From positions 864,001 to 928,000 of the forward strand of contig CAXXKM010000001.1 in NCBI GenBank assembly GCA_963664435.2: a stretch of 64,000 nucleotides of DNA, in the 5' to 3' direction. Below the pieces are notes generated by a model. It saw only the letters and a program-made list of their open reading frames with translations, was not told the DNA's origin and did not search any database. Positions 54,750 through 64,000 of the stretch are shown here, piece after piece; positions within the stretch are counted from its first letter, which is position 1; the number at the start of each line of letters is the position of its first letter. Source of the stretch: Longimicrobiales bacterium. GTDB taxonomy: Bacteria; Gemmatimonadota; Gemmatimonadetes; Longimicrobiales; Gaopeijiaceae. A program made the translations under genes and the position numbers.

Positions 54750-57632
54750 CTACCAGCTGTAGCCCAGCCGCGTGTAGTAGAAGCCGCCGTTGAAGCCGAA
54801 CGGCGTGAACTGGCCGAAGCGGTTACCGACCCCGGCCGCGGCGCCCGGATACTCCTCCGGATAGGTGTTGAGCACGTTCTGGGCGCCGGCCGTGAGCGTC
54901 CAGCGGTGGGCGAGCTTCCGGGACGCCTCCACATCGAAGAGGACTCGGGACGGGTAGTCGATGGTGTCGGAGGGATCCGATTCGTAGTAGGGCTGCTCGC
55001 CGTCGAAGTAGCCGCCCCAGTAGCTGGCGCGCGCCAGGAAGCGGGATCCGCCGGCGAAGACGTGATTCATCGCGAGGTTGCCGCGCACGCCGGGGAGCCC
55101 TTCCTCGAGAATCCGGATCCGGTGCGCGGTGAGGGTCTCTTCGTTGAAATCCGTCACGGCGGTCCGGGTCCAGTTCCACGCGCTGCTGAAGGTTGTCGTG
55201 GAACCGCCCCCTCCGCGCACATCATACGCGCCGACCAGGTCGACGCCGTCCGTCCGGGTCGCGAAGTCGTTGATGAAGAACCGGAAGCGTGCGAGTACCC
55301 CGCCGGGCCGAATGATGTCCTGGGCGATGAGCTGCTCGATCTCCGCCGAGGTGAGCTCCCGGTCGGCGCTGGTCGTCAGGCGGTCCGAAACCCGGATCTG
55401 GAAGAAGTCCAGCGAAAGCCGGAAGGGACCATCGTCGTACACCGTCCCCAGGGCCAGGTTGACGGACTTCTCCGGCTTGAGCGGCTCGCCCCCGAATCTC
55501 TCCGCCAGCGGTGACGTCGACGGGATCGTGCCGTTGTTGGTCAGGTCCATGATCGCGGGATCGTAGATCGTCGAGATGTTGAACGCGTTCTGCTGTCCCG
55601 GCGAGGGGGCTCGGAAGCCGGTGCTGAGGCTGCCGCGCAGCCCCAGGGTCTCCGACGCGCTCACGCGTCCCGCGACCTTCCCGTTGACCGTCGTCCCGAA
55701 GTCCGAGAAGCGCTCGACGCGCCCCGCCGCGCCGAACGTCCAGGCGCCCTCGGGCTCACGGAGCTCCATGTCGCCATAGGCGGCGAAGTTGCTCCGGTTC
55801 CAGACGCCCTCGGTAAGGGGTCCGAACCCGGTGAACCCGTTGGAGCCGGGGGTGAAGCCCTGCGTCGCCAGCGGACCCTCGATCGACGACTCCGTGCTGC
55901 CCTGGACGATCTCGAAGCGCTCGTTGCGCCACTCGGCGCCGCCGGCGAGGCTGGTCCGCTCGTTGAACGCGTAGGACAGGTCCACGTTGAAGTTGATCTC
56001 CTGCTGGTCGTAGATGCCCGGGTTGAACCAGGGGGTGCAGGGTTGATCCGGCACGACGAACGAGATCTCTCGGCCCGCGTCGGCGCAGGGCTGGTCCGGT
56101 CCCAGGGACGCGTTCACCGTGTTGTACATGTAGAAGTCGAGGTTGGATCTGCCCCAGGACGCGCTCGCGTCCCAGTTCAGGTCGCCGCCGGCGCCCTTCA
56201 GCCCGGCCACCGCGGATGCGTCCAGGAGGTAGGAGCCGAACTGCGGCGTGAATCCCCCGGGGAAGAGCTCGCGGAAGGTGAAGCAGTCGGGATCGGCCAT
56301 GACTTGGTTGAACGCGCCCTGGTCGAGCACGACTCCGTCATCGTCGACCCGCACTTCCGGGCAGCCCGCCGAGCCGTCGAGCACGCCGTCCCGCGCATCG
56401 AGCATGTCGCCGATCAGGAGGACCTGCTGGTCGTCGGCGTTCCTCGTTCCGAACACCCCGCTGCGCGTGCCCGGGTTGCGGTAGTAGAAGCCGCCCTCCA
56501 CCTGCTTGCTCACGTAATTGCCGTGGGAATAGAGTTGCATGTCGTCGTTGAACAGGTACCCCATGTTCGCCCACAGCTTGAGCTCGTTGGAGACCTGCGG
56601 CGCGCCCCAGATCTGCGCCGGCGCCCGGACGCTCGAGTTGCCGGACGCGAGCAACGCCAGGGCGTCGGTGCGCTGCGTGCTGCGATCGGTGGGATTGGCG
56701 TTGCCGTACTCGCCGGTCAGGTTCAGGAAGCCCGTCTCTCCGAGCGGCAGGCCCACGTTGCCGGACAGGGTGTACGCCTCCCCATCTCCGGGGAACGTGC
56801 CGTCCTCGAACGGCTCGCTGGTCTTCCCCAGGGCGTACCCGCCGGTCTTGAAGTCGATGGAGCCGCCGGAGCGATCGTTCCTGAGGACGAAGTTGACGAC
56901 GCCCGCGATCGCGTCGGAGCCGTACTGGGCGGAGGCGCCGTCGCGCAGGACCTCTGCCTGCTGCAGCACCAGCCCCGGGATGAGGGCGATATCCGGTCCC
57001 TGGGAGCCGTCGGAGAGGCCGTTGCCGTACCAGGTGATGACCGCGGCGCGGTGGCGCCGCTTGCCGTTGACGAGGACCAGCGTGTGGTCCGGGGCCAGGC
57101 CGCGGAGGTTCGCGGGCCGCACGAAGGTGGCCGCATCGCTGATCGGCTGAATGTTCACGTTGAAGGACGGCACCACGTTGCGCAGCAGGTTGGCGAAGTC
57201 GGTATCGCCCTGCTGCAGGATCTCGGGGGCCGGAATCACGTCGACGGGCACCGGAGACTCCGTGATGGTGCGGGGGCGCGCGCGGCTGCCGACCGCGACC
57301 ACGCCCTCGAGCACGAGCACCGTCTCGGTGAGCACCACGTTCAGCGTGGTGGGCTGGCCGTCCGCGATGGTCACCTGCCGCCGTTCGGTCTCGTAGCCGA
57401 TCAGCACCACCACCACTTCATGGACGCCCGGCGGGATGGGCTCGATCCGATAGCTGCCGTCGGAACCGGTCAGCGCGCCGATGCCCAGGCCTCCCAGGCT
57501 GACCTGTGCTCCCGCGATGACGCCACCCTCGGCCGCCAGGGTGACCGTTCCCCGCAGGGTGCCCTGCGCGGCGGCCGGACCCGCGTGCGCGAGGGCCAGG
57601 AACAGAGCGGCGGCGGCGGCTCTTCTCACCAT
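54750..57632 (-). CDS. TonB-dependent receptor
   Basis: N-terminal carboxypeptidase-regulatory-like domain, plug LVLVNGKRRH...GASAQYGSDAIAGV, LKPEKS, terminal W. Confidence 0.93.
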   Translation of the reverse strand: MVRRAAAAALFLALAHAGPAAAQGTLRGTVTLAAEGGVIAGAQVSLGGLGIGALTGSDGSYRIEPIPPGVHEVVVVLIGYETERRQVTIADGQPTTLNVVLTETVLVLEGVVAVGSRARPRTITESPVPVDVIPAPEILQQGDTDFANLLRNVVPSFNVNIQPISDAATFVRPANLRGLAPDHTLVLVNGKRRHRAAVITWYGNGLSDGSQGPDIALIPGLVLQQAEVLRDGASAQYGSDAIAGVVNFVLRNDRSGGSIDFKTGGYALGKTSEPFEDGTFPGDGEAYTLSGNVGLPLGETGFLNLTGEYGNANPTDRSTQRTDALALLASGNSSVRAPAQIWGAPQVSNELKLWANMGYLFNDDMQLYSHGNYVSKQVEGGFYYRNPGTRSGVFGTRNADDQQVLLIGDMLDARDGVLDGSAGCPEVRVDDDGVVLDQGAFNQVMADPDCFTFRELFPGGFTPQFGSYLLDASAVAGLKGAGGDLNWDASASWGRSNLDFYMYNTVNASLGPDQPCADAGREISFVVPDQPCTPWFNPGIYDQQEINFNVDLSYAFNERTSLAGGAEWRNERFEIVQGSTESSIEGPLATQGFTPGSNGFTGFGPLTEGVWNRSNFAAYGDMELREPEGAWTFGAAGRVERFSDFGTTVNGKVAGRVSASETLGLRGSLSTGFRAPSPGQQNAFNISTIYDPAIMDLTNNGTIPSTSPLAERFGGEPLKPEKSVNLALGTVYDDGPFRLSLDFFQIRVSDRLTTSADRELTSAEIEQLIAQDIIRPGGVLARFRFFINDFATRTDGVDLVGAYDVRGGGGSTTTFSSAWNWTRTAVTDFNEETLTAHRIRILEEGLPGVRGNLAMNHVFAGGSRFLARASYWGGYFDGEQPYYESDPSDTIDYPSRVLFDVEASRKLAHRWTLTAGAQNVLNTYPEEYPGAAAGVGNRFGQFTPFGFNGGFYYTRLGYSW

Positions 57633-58963
57633 TGGAACCTGGCCTCCCAGTCGTCGAGGAGCGCGAAGTGGTCACCGTCGGCAACCGTGTAATAGACTCT
57701 CTGCATCCCCTGCCGGCGGGTGGGCTCGAAGGACACGGATTCGCCGATTCCCAGCGGGAAGTTGCGCACGCTGAAGATCGTCTCTTCCAGCCGGGACCTG
57801 TCTGGACGTCCTCCCAGGCGCCGGAGGATTTCGGTCATCAGCTTCGCGTTGAGAAACCCCTCCAGGCTGACGAAGCCGCGGGCGAGGGGTTGATACGATT
57901 CACCCTCGGTGATTCTCTCCAGATCGTCCGGCAGCCGAGGGTCGTACTGGAACATCAGCCGATGGTACTCGTTCACGGACGGGAACGTGGCGTCGTCGAA
58001 CGCGGGCACGACCTGCGAATTCACCAGGAACCGGGTGTAGGAATCCGGGTCGGAGCGTCTCTCGCGCAGGACTCGCTGCAGGTTCTCGCTCCCCACGAAC
58101 GACAGGTTGGCCACCGGCACGTGCAGCCCCAGATCGACGGCGTCGCGGGCGAAGGCCGCGCACGCGGCGTAGGCGCCGATACAGATCACGGCGTCGGGCG
58201 AGCCGGCCTTCAGGATCTCCACCTGGCGCCTCATGCTCGCGCCGAACGGCGTGCCTCGCCGGTAGGTGGCCTCCCCCGCGATGGTCTCTCCGTGCCGGGC
58301 CAACGCCTCTCGCACCCCCGCCCAGCCGCTGCGTCCATACGCGTCGATCTGGTAGAAGACCGCCACGCGCCGCCGTCCGATGCGGACGAAGTTGTCGACC
58401 AGCCCGGCGGTCTCCTGCCGATAGGAGGCCCGCAGGTTGAAGGCGAACTCGCCGTAGGGAGGTTCGCGCTGCGGCTCCGCTCCCGTGAAGGGGAAGAAGA
58501 GGTAGAACTGCTGGTCGCGAAATCGCTTCAGCAGAGGCAACACCCGGGTGACGGTAGGGGTGCCCACGTATCCGAAGAGCAGGAACACACCGTCGTCCTG
58601 CATGAGCCGGAGGGTGTTCGCGACGCAGGTTTCGGGCTGATAGCCGTCGTCGTAGAGCTTGAGGACGATCCGGCGGCCGTTGACTCCCCCGTTGTCGTTG
58701 ACGTGGCTGAAGTAGGCCATCGCGCCGCGATACAGCTCCGTGCCCAGGCCGCGAGAGGGGCCCGAGAACGCGGCCGACACGCCGAGTACGATGTCATCGG
58801 CCTGCGTACCCGCGGTGCGGCGGCTCCGGTGCGTCGACGGGGAGGAAGCGGCGAGCGCCTTCGCCCAGGGAGCGGCGGCCAGCGCGGCGAGCCCGGATCG
58901 CAGGAGCGATCGGCGGGTCAGCAGGTTCGCGTTGCACACCCTCCTGTCTCGCCCTCCAATCAT
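57626..58963 (-). CDS. Periplasmic binding protein (LivJ/Peripla_BP_6-like) with Tat signal
   Basis: TRRSLL, GGVNGRRI, DDGYQP, GYVGTPT, NLRASY; start uncertain. Confidence 0.85.
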   Translation of the reverse strand: MIGGRDRRVCNANLLTRRSLLRSGLAALAAAPWAKALAASSPSTHRSRRTAGTQADDIVLGVSAAFSGPSRGLGTELYRGAMAYFSHVNDNGGVNGRRIVLKLYDDGYQPETCVANTLRLMQDDGVFLLFGYVGTPTVTRVLPLLKRFRDQQFYLFFPFTGAEPQREPPYGEFAFNLRASYRQETAGLVDNFVRIGRRRVAVFYQIDAYGRSGWAGVREALARHGETIAGEATYRRGTPFGASMRRQVEILKAGSPDAVICIGAYAACAAFARDAVDLGLHVPVANLSFVGSENLQRVLRERRSDPDSYTRFLVNSQVVPAFDDATFPSVNEYHRLMFQYDPRLPDDLERITEGESYQPLARGFVSLEGFLNAKLMTEILRRLGGRPDRSRLEETIFSVRNFPLGIGESVSFEPTRRQGMQRVYYTVADGDHFALLDDWEARFQW

Positions 58964-59368
58964 GCGAGATGCCGCCCCCCTGGTCGGTTGCAAAACGAGC
59001 CTGACGGGGTCGCCTCCGAACCCATCCCCGCTGGCCTGCCTCCAGCGTACTCGCTGGTTTTGAGTTCCGCAACCGACGGACGAGCACAGTGTCCACACCC
59101 TCTATTGTCTGACAGAATCGCCTCTTATGGCGATAAATGCCCGATTTTCCACGAGTTATCCACAGCGGAACGGCGCGCGGGCGGGCGTTCGGGGTTCCCA
59201 GGCAGGGATCTGAAACAGGGGCTCGCGCGCCGCGACGGCAGCCGGCAGCCGGGGCGGCGCCCTGCCTGATTCAGCGCATCAGCGAGTCACGCGCAGCGCG
59301 GTAAGGCTGAGGAGGAAGCCGGCAACCGGGGTCCACGGGATGATCGCGCTCCACATCCGATCCCGCCC

Positions 59369-60460
59369 TCAGTCGCGGCCGTCGTCCGCGAGATGTCGTG
59401 CGATGCGGTCCAGCTTCGGGCCGATAGAGGACATTACCGCCGCGAACAGCACGAGCGCCCAGCCCGCCGAGAGGATGAGGTGGGCGCCGACGAGCACGCG
59501 CGCGCTGAGCGAAACCGGGGTGAGGGCCGTGAAGTCGTGCCCCAACGCGGTGAAGAACGCGAAGGACAGCCAGTCGGTGATGCCTGCGCCGGCTCCGGCG
59601 AACGAGCCCGGCCCGAGGCGCTCCAGCGCCCCATAGAAGCCCGCAAAGAGGAAGATGATCGTCAGATAGCCGACCGCGAATCCGCCGATCGGGACCCACA
59701 TGACCCGCAGGTAGGCTGCAAGCTGGCCGTACACTTCCAGCCGTGGGCGGAGCCAGACGGCGGCGGCGCGCCCCAGAAGAAACGCGACCGCGGGAATCAC
59801 CAAGATCGAAAGGATGATGGTCAGGACGATCCACACGGTTGCAATAGCCCCCGAAAACCCGTCGTCTTCCCGGATCACTCCGAACCCGAACAGCAGACCC
59901 AGCAGGATGGGAAGGGCAACCGCGCCGAGGACCAGCAGCCAGGGAGGACGGGCGTCGACCCATCCCTCGCGGCGCCGGCTGAGGAGGCCGATCAGCAGCG
60001 CGGTCCAGGGCATGGCGAGGAGGGGGAATATCGCCAGTAATGGTACCAGGTCGAAGTCGCCTGCGGCCAGCGCGGGGATGAACCCCAGGCTCAGCAGGAC
60101 GGCGAGAATGAACGTCTCCCGGATCACGTCCCGATATCCGGAGAGAGACGACCGGCCGAGCCCGGCGATCAAGCCGACCGCCAGGGGGAGCAGGGGCGGC
60201 AGGATGACGCCCCAGCCGACATCCATTGCTCCGCTCAGAAACGCCGTGACGACTCCGACCACCGAGCCGATCAGGATGCCGCTCCAGGGATGATTCCCCG
60301 ATCCGCCGCGGAGACCGACGCCGACTCCGACGGCGACCGCAAACCCCGTCCCCAGCAGAACGTCGGTGTGGTTCCCGGTAATGGCGTAGCCGAAGGTCAC
60401 GACCACGAGAGCGATCGTGGCCGCGATCCGGACCGTCAGCCAGATCAGCCGGCTCGCCAT
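59369..60460 (-). CDS. Polytopic membrane protein with C-terminal two-helix ion-channel-like domain
   Basis: Many TM helices; FAGFY...SF...FAFFTALGHDFTALTPVS..AR resembles Ion_trans_2. Confidence 0.6.
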   Translation of the reverse strand: MASRLIWLTVRIAATIALVVVTFGYAITGNHTDVLLGTGFAVAVGVGVGLRGGSGNHPWSGILIGSVVGVVTAFLSGAMDVGWGVILPPLLPLAVGLIAGLGRSSLSGYRDVIRETFILAVLLSLGFIPALAAGDFDLVPLLAIFPLLAMPWTALLIGLLSRRREGWVDARPPWLLVLGAVALPILLGLLFGFGVIREDDGFSGAIATVWIVLTIILSILVIPAVAFLLGRAAAVWLRPRLEVYGQLAAYLRVMWVPIGGFAVGYLTIIFLFAGFYGALERLGPGSFAGAGAGITDWLSFAFFTALGHDFTALTPVSLSARVLVGAHLILSAGWALVLFAAVMSSIGPKLDRIARHLADDGRD

Positions 60461-60505
60461 TCTCCTCCCAGGAGTGTCATGAAGTCCTGGAATCCGCGGA
60501 TGCAG

Positions 60506-62746
60506 CTAGCGCTGCGGTTCCGACACCACCGTCGGTCCCTCTCCCTCCTCCAGCGTCTCCAGCACCTGCCGCCACTCGAACTTCTCGCCGAGGCCGCGCA
60601 CGTAGTAGTCCATCCAGGCCATCTCGCTTACGGCTTTGACGAGGCGATTGCGGGGGTCCGGGATGCCGTGGCTGCGGCCGGGATACATGAAGAGTTCCGT
60701 CGGCACGTCCAGCTTCTTCAGCGCCATGTGCAGCTCGACCGACTGCGGGCTCGGCACGCGCGGGTCGCCCTCCACCACGTGGATCATGGTCGGGGTGACC
60801 GCGTTCCTGATGTACTTGAGCGGTGACTGGTCGAAGTAGGTGTCGAAGTCCTCGTACAGAAAGCCGTCGCCGACGTAGAACTGGCGGTTCCGCTGCACGT
60901 CGCTCTGCGCGTACATGCTGATCCAGTTCATGGTCCCGGCACCGGAGCTGATGGCCTTGAAGCGGTCGGTCTGGGTGAGGATCCAGTTGGACCAGTGGCC
61001 GCCCGCGCTCCAGCCCAGCGCGCCCATGCGGTCGCCGTCCACGATGCCCTCGGCGATCAGATGGTCCACGCCGGTGATGATGTCTTCATAGCCCATCGTG
61101 AAGTAGTCGCCCACGATGTCGGTGCGGTGCGCGTTGCCGTAGTTGCGCGAGCCGCGGTAGTTGGGCTTGAGCACCGCGTAGCCCGCGCCCGCGTACACCT
61201 GCGCATTGTAGCCGCCGTTGAAGCGCAGGACATCCGCCGACGCCGGCCCCCCGTGGATGGCGACGATGAGCGGATAGCGCGTCCCCTCCTCGTAGCCGAC
61301 CGGGTAGACTAGCACCCCGCCGACCATCTTCCCGTCCGACGAGCGCCAGTTGACCTCGACTTCCTCGCCGAGGGCGATGTCGCGCACGTGCGGGTTCACG
61401 TCCACGAGCTGCGTCCACTCGGAGCGGTCCGCAACTTCGTCCACGTTCGCCACGGTGAACACGGTGGGCGGGGTCATCGGGTCGCTGTAGCCGATGAGGA
61501 GGGTGCCGGTGTTGTCGTCCCGGGACACCGAGAGCGCCGCCCGCTCCTCGGTGAGCTGGCGCACCGCACCCGTCTCCACATCGAGCGCATGCAGCTGCGT
61601 CGTCACGGTCACGCCGGCGTTGAAGTAGATCGTCTCCGAGTCCTCGGACCAGAAGCCGACGCTCGAGCTCTGGTCGAAGTCCGCGCCCAGCTTCCGGAAC
61701 GCGCCCCCGCGATCCTCGACTTCGCGGATGTAGACGCGGTTCTCGGTCATGGAGTAACGCTCCATGTCGTCCGGCGCCGAGAAGGCGATCCAGCGGCCGT
61801 CGGGGGAGAAGCTCATCCCGCCCTCGCCGATCTCGTAGTTGTCGGTGAGGCGCTCGATCTCGCCGGTCGCAACCTCCTTCAGATAGAGGTCCGCATAGAG
61901 CCGCTGCGCGGTGATGTTGCGCTCGTAGCGCTCGGGCGAGCCGCCCGTGATGCCGATCCAGCGGCCATCTTCGGAGAGGACGAAGCTGTTGACGCTGTAC
62001 GATGCGTCGCTGGTCTCGCGCCGCTCGGCTGCCGACGCGACATCCATGCTCCACAGGCTCGACAGCGGGGTGACGGCGTTGCGCACGTCGACCGTGAAGC
62101 CCATCTCGACCCGCTTCACCTCGTCCTCGTCGAACGAGTCGAGGCGCGTGAAGTAGATGCGGCTCCCGTCCTGCGTGAAGTCCCACTGGTCGACCCCGGC
62201 CTCGCCGTCCGTGAGTTGCTCAGGCTCGCCGCCCGTGAGGTCATCGGCCGGCAGCCGGTAGAGCTGCTCCCGGTCGCTCTCGCCGGAGCGGTACACGAGC
62301 CAGCCGCCATCGGGGCTGAACTCGAAGCCCGACACCCCCTCGGCCGCGTCTGTGATCTTCCGGGCCTCGCCGCCGTCGTGGCGCATCATGTAGAGCTGGT
62401 TGGCGTCGCCGTCGCGATTGGACGAGAAGACGAAGAACGACCCGTCCGGCGCCCAGGCCGGGCTGGTCTCGTTCTTGTCGTCGGTATAGGTGAGCTGCCG
62501 GCTCGACGAGACGCCGTCGCTCAGCGACACGAGGTGGATGTCGGTCTGGGATTCGGCCGCATCCCAGTCCGGGGTCGTGACGGTGTAGAGCATCCGCGCG
62601 CCGTCCGGGCTCGGGGTCCACGATCCGGCACGCCTGAGCTCCTGGACATCCATGAACGTGAGTGGACGCTGCTGCGCGGCCAGCGGCGAGGCGAATGCCG
62701 CGAGGGCGGCGACGGAGACGGTGAGGGCAACGGAAAGGAAGCGCAT
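60506..62746 (-). CDS. S9 family (prolyl oligopeptidase/acylaminoacyl) peptidase, secreted
   Basis: PD40-like propeller, IHGGP, PNYRGS, GWSAGG, D.RVP, HG triad. Confidence 0.93.
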   Translation of the reverse strand: MRFLSVALTVSVAALAAFASPLAAQQRPLTFMDVQELRRAGSWTPSPDGARMLYTVTTPDWDAAESQTDIHLVSLSDGVSSSRQLTYTDDKNETSPAWAPDGSFFVFSSNRDGDANQLYMMRHDGGEARKITDAAEGVSGFEFSPDGGWLVYRSGESDREQLYRLPADDLTGGEPEQLTDGEAGVDQWDFTQDGSRIYFTRLDSFDEDEVKRVEMGFTVDVRNAVTPLSSLWSMDVASAAERRETSDASYSVNSFVLSEDGRWIGITGGSPERYERNITAQRLYADLYLKEVATGEIERLTDNYEIGEGGMSFSPDGRWIAFSAPDDMERYSMTENRVYIREVEDRGGAFRKLGADFDQSSSVGFWSEDSETIYFNAGVTVTTQLHALDVETGAVRQLTEERAALSVSRDDNTGTLLIGYSDPMTPPTVFTVANVDEVADRSEWTQLVDVNPHVRDIALGEEVEVNWRSSDGKMVGGVLVYPVGYEEGTRYPLIVAIHGGPASADVLRFNGGYNAQVYAGAGYAVLKPNYRGSRNYGNAHRTDIVGDYFTMGYEDIITGVDHLIAEGIVDGDRMGALGWSAGGHWSNWILTQTDRFKAISSGAGTMNWISMYAQSDVQRNRQFYVGDGFLYEDFDTYFDQSPLKYIRNAVTPTMIHVVEGDPRVPSPQSVELHMALKKLDVPTELFMYPGRSHGIPDPRNRLVKAVSEMAWMDYYVRGLGEKFEWRQVLETLEEGEGPTVVSEPQR

Positions 62747-62943
62747 CTGAACCTCGCGTGCGAGGGTGAACTGGAGCCGGGGCGATGTTATTCCGGGTCG
62801 GACCGCATCATTCGGGGCCGGATGTACGATTCGCCGGACCCTTCATGATACGAACAGAGACCGAGGTCGGCGAGAACGGAAGGGGCTCTGCACGCGGCTA
62901 CGGGGGTATATCCCGTACCTTCGCTGCAAGCCGGGAGGTCTTC

Positions 62944-63423
62944 ATGCCAACAGCTGTCGGCAGACACACCTTGTCCGCGTTGGCCCTGGCCGTGCTCGTC
63001 ACCGGCTGCGGGGCATCCCTCGCCCGCCAGAACCGGGCCGACATCGGCCGCGCAACGCTCAGGGACATCCAGCTGCACGTGCCGGAGGTCTTGGCTGACC
63101 ACGGCTATTCGATCAACCAGACCAGGCAGACGGTCGGCCGCATCTACTACGAGACCCGCTGGCTCTACCGGGCCCCGTTCGACGACGAGATCGAGCGGGG
63201 CGTGCAGGAAGTGCGGACGAGGTTCATCGTCCAGGGGCGAAGGGGCGGATCGGACTTCTACGACGTCGAGATCCGGGTCGAGAACGCAGTCCGGGGCATC
63301 CTGCCCAGCGGAGATTGGTCCCCGCTCGCCACCCCCGATTTCGAGGATCACATGAGAAGCGTCTCCGACGAACTCATGATGAACATCAACGCGGGCGTGC
63401 GGATTCGCGGTCCGGGCTACTAG
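62944..63423 (+). CDS. Hypothetical lipoprotein
   Basis: GGAGG RBS, lipobox VTGC. Confidence 0.7.
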   Translation: MPTAVGRHTLSALALAVLVTGCGASLARQNRADIGRATLRDIQLHVPEVLADHGYSINQTRQTVGRIYYETRWLYRAPFDDEIERGVQEVRTRFIVQGRRGGSDFYDVEIRVENAVRGILPSGDWSPLATPDFEDHMRSVSDELMMNINAGVRIRGPGY

Positions 63424-63424
63424 C

Positions 63425-64000
63425 CTACCTCAGGCTCCACCCCGCAGCGGTTCCCGGGTTGCCCTCTCCGCCGAACGAGTACACCTCCAGGCTGAGCGCC
63501 TCCAGCTCCTCGGCGATCACCGGCATGTGCAGCGGCGTTCCCATGCGAAGCGTCCCGAAGCCGCGCTGATCGAAGTAGTCGAGCCCGCCGGACTCGAAGA
63601 GGAGTTCCATGCTCTTCTCGTACCACATGGCGAAGAGCACGCTGCCGCACGCGCCCGTGATGGTCCGGGGCACACACCGGTCGCCCGACACTCCGTCCGC
63701 CGTCGCGGGCGGAAGCCCCGCAGCCTCGCGGCTCGGGTTGATGTATTGGAGCGCCGCCTCCGGCTGACCCATCCTGATGTGGGCCTCCGCCATGAGGAAC
63801 TCCATCTCGCGCACCGTCAGCTCGGGGATGAACCCGAAGCCTGTATCGGCCTTGTCGCGCCACTTCCAGGTCCGGTACGGCGTGACGAACCAGATGCCGC
63901 GCTGCGCGTCACCGAAGAGCGTGCCCGGAATCTCGACGAGCGTGCCAGAGGCCTCCGGATCACCCGGGGCGTGGACCCGCTGGTCGTCCGTCTCCACGTG
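63425..64000 (-). CDS. SusD/RagB-like protein, C-terminal part (5' end outside the window)
   Basis: AEAHIR...AALQYIN..R...YEKSMELLFE...FDQR...HMPV. Confidence 0.7.
   Translation of the reverse strand, partial: HVETDDQRVHAPGDPEASGTLVEIPGTLFGDAQRGIWFVTPYRTWKWRDKADTGFGFIPELTVREMEFLMAEAHIRMGQPEAALQYINPSREAAGLPPATADGVSGDRCVPRTITGACGSVLFAMWYEKSMELLFESGGLDYFDQRGFGTLRMGTPLHMPVIAEELEALSLEVYSFGGEGNPGTAAGWSLR

Noticed and set aside
59089..59164. Replication origin
   Set aside because: Only one perfect DnaA box, no unwinding element and no dnaA/dnaN context
59279..59356. 25-aa hydrophobic small ORF on the minus strand (MWSAIIPWTPVAGFLLSLTALRVTR)
   Set aside because: No clear RBS or supporting motif

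Overview
High-GC bacterial window. The gene content (SusC/SusD pairs, VPS10-type propeller, DUF5916, stand-alone TonB-plug lipoprotein, Fn3 autotransporter, DUF1640) suggests Gemmatimonadota, possibly a marine or host-associated Longimicrobiales lineage; this is inference. About 38 CDS, mostly secreted hydrolases, outer-membrane transport and surface proteins. No rRNA, tRNA or CRISPR array was seen. Best candidate for a new system is 49963-51900: a TnpB homologue that looks nuclease-dead (RuvC-I Asp replaced, RuvC-II region shortened, zinc finger and RuvC-III absent, no tnpA). It is translationally coupled to a pseudo-receiver/AraC-type regulator and keeps an omega-RNA-like structured 3' end, so it resembles a TldR-type RNA-guided transcription factor with an AraC partner. 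It lies divergent from a 1552-aa surface lipoprotein gene with a consensus sigma-54 promoter and upstream of a one-piece histidine kinase/OmpR-type regulator. Also notable: a GPP34-cytochrome P450 fusion, a tandem-Cache autotransporter, two paralogous one-piece two-component proteins and a Fic + HNH cassette. All calls come from reading motifs by eye; no searches were run.
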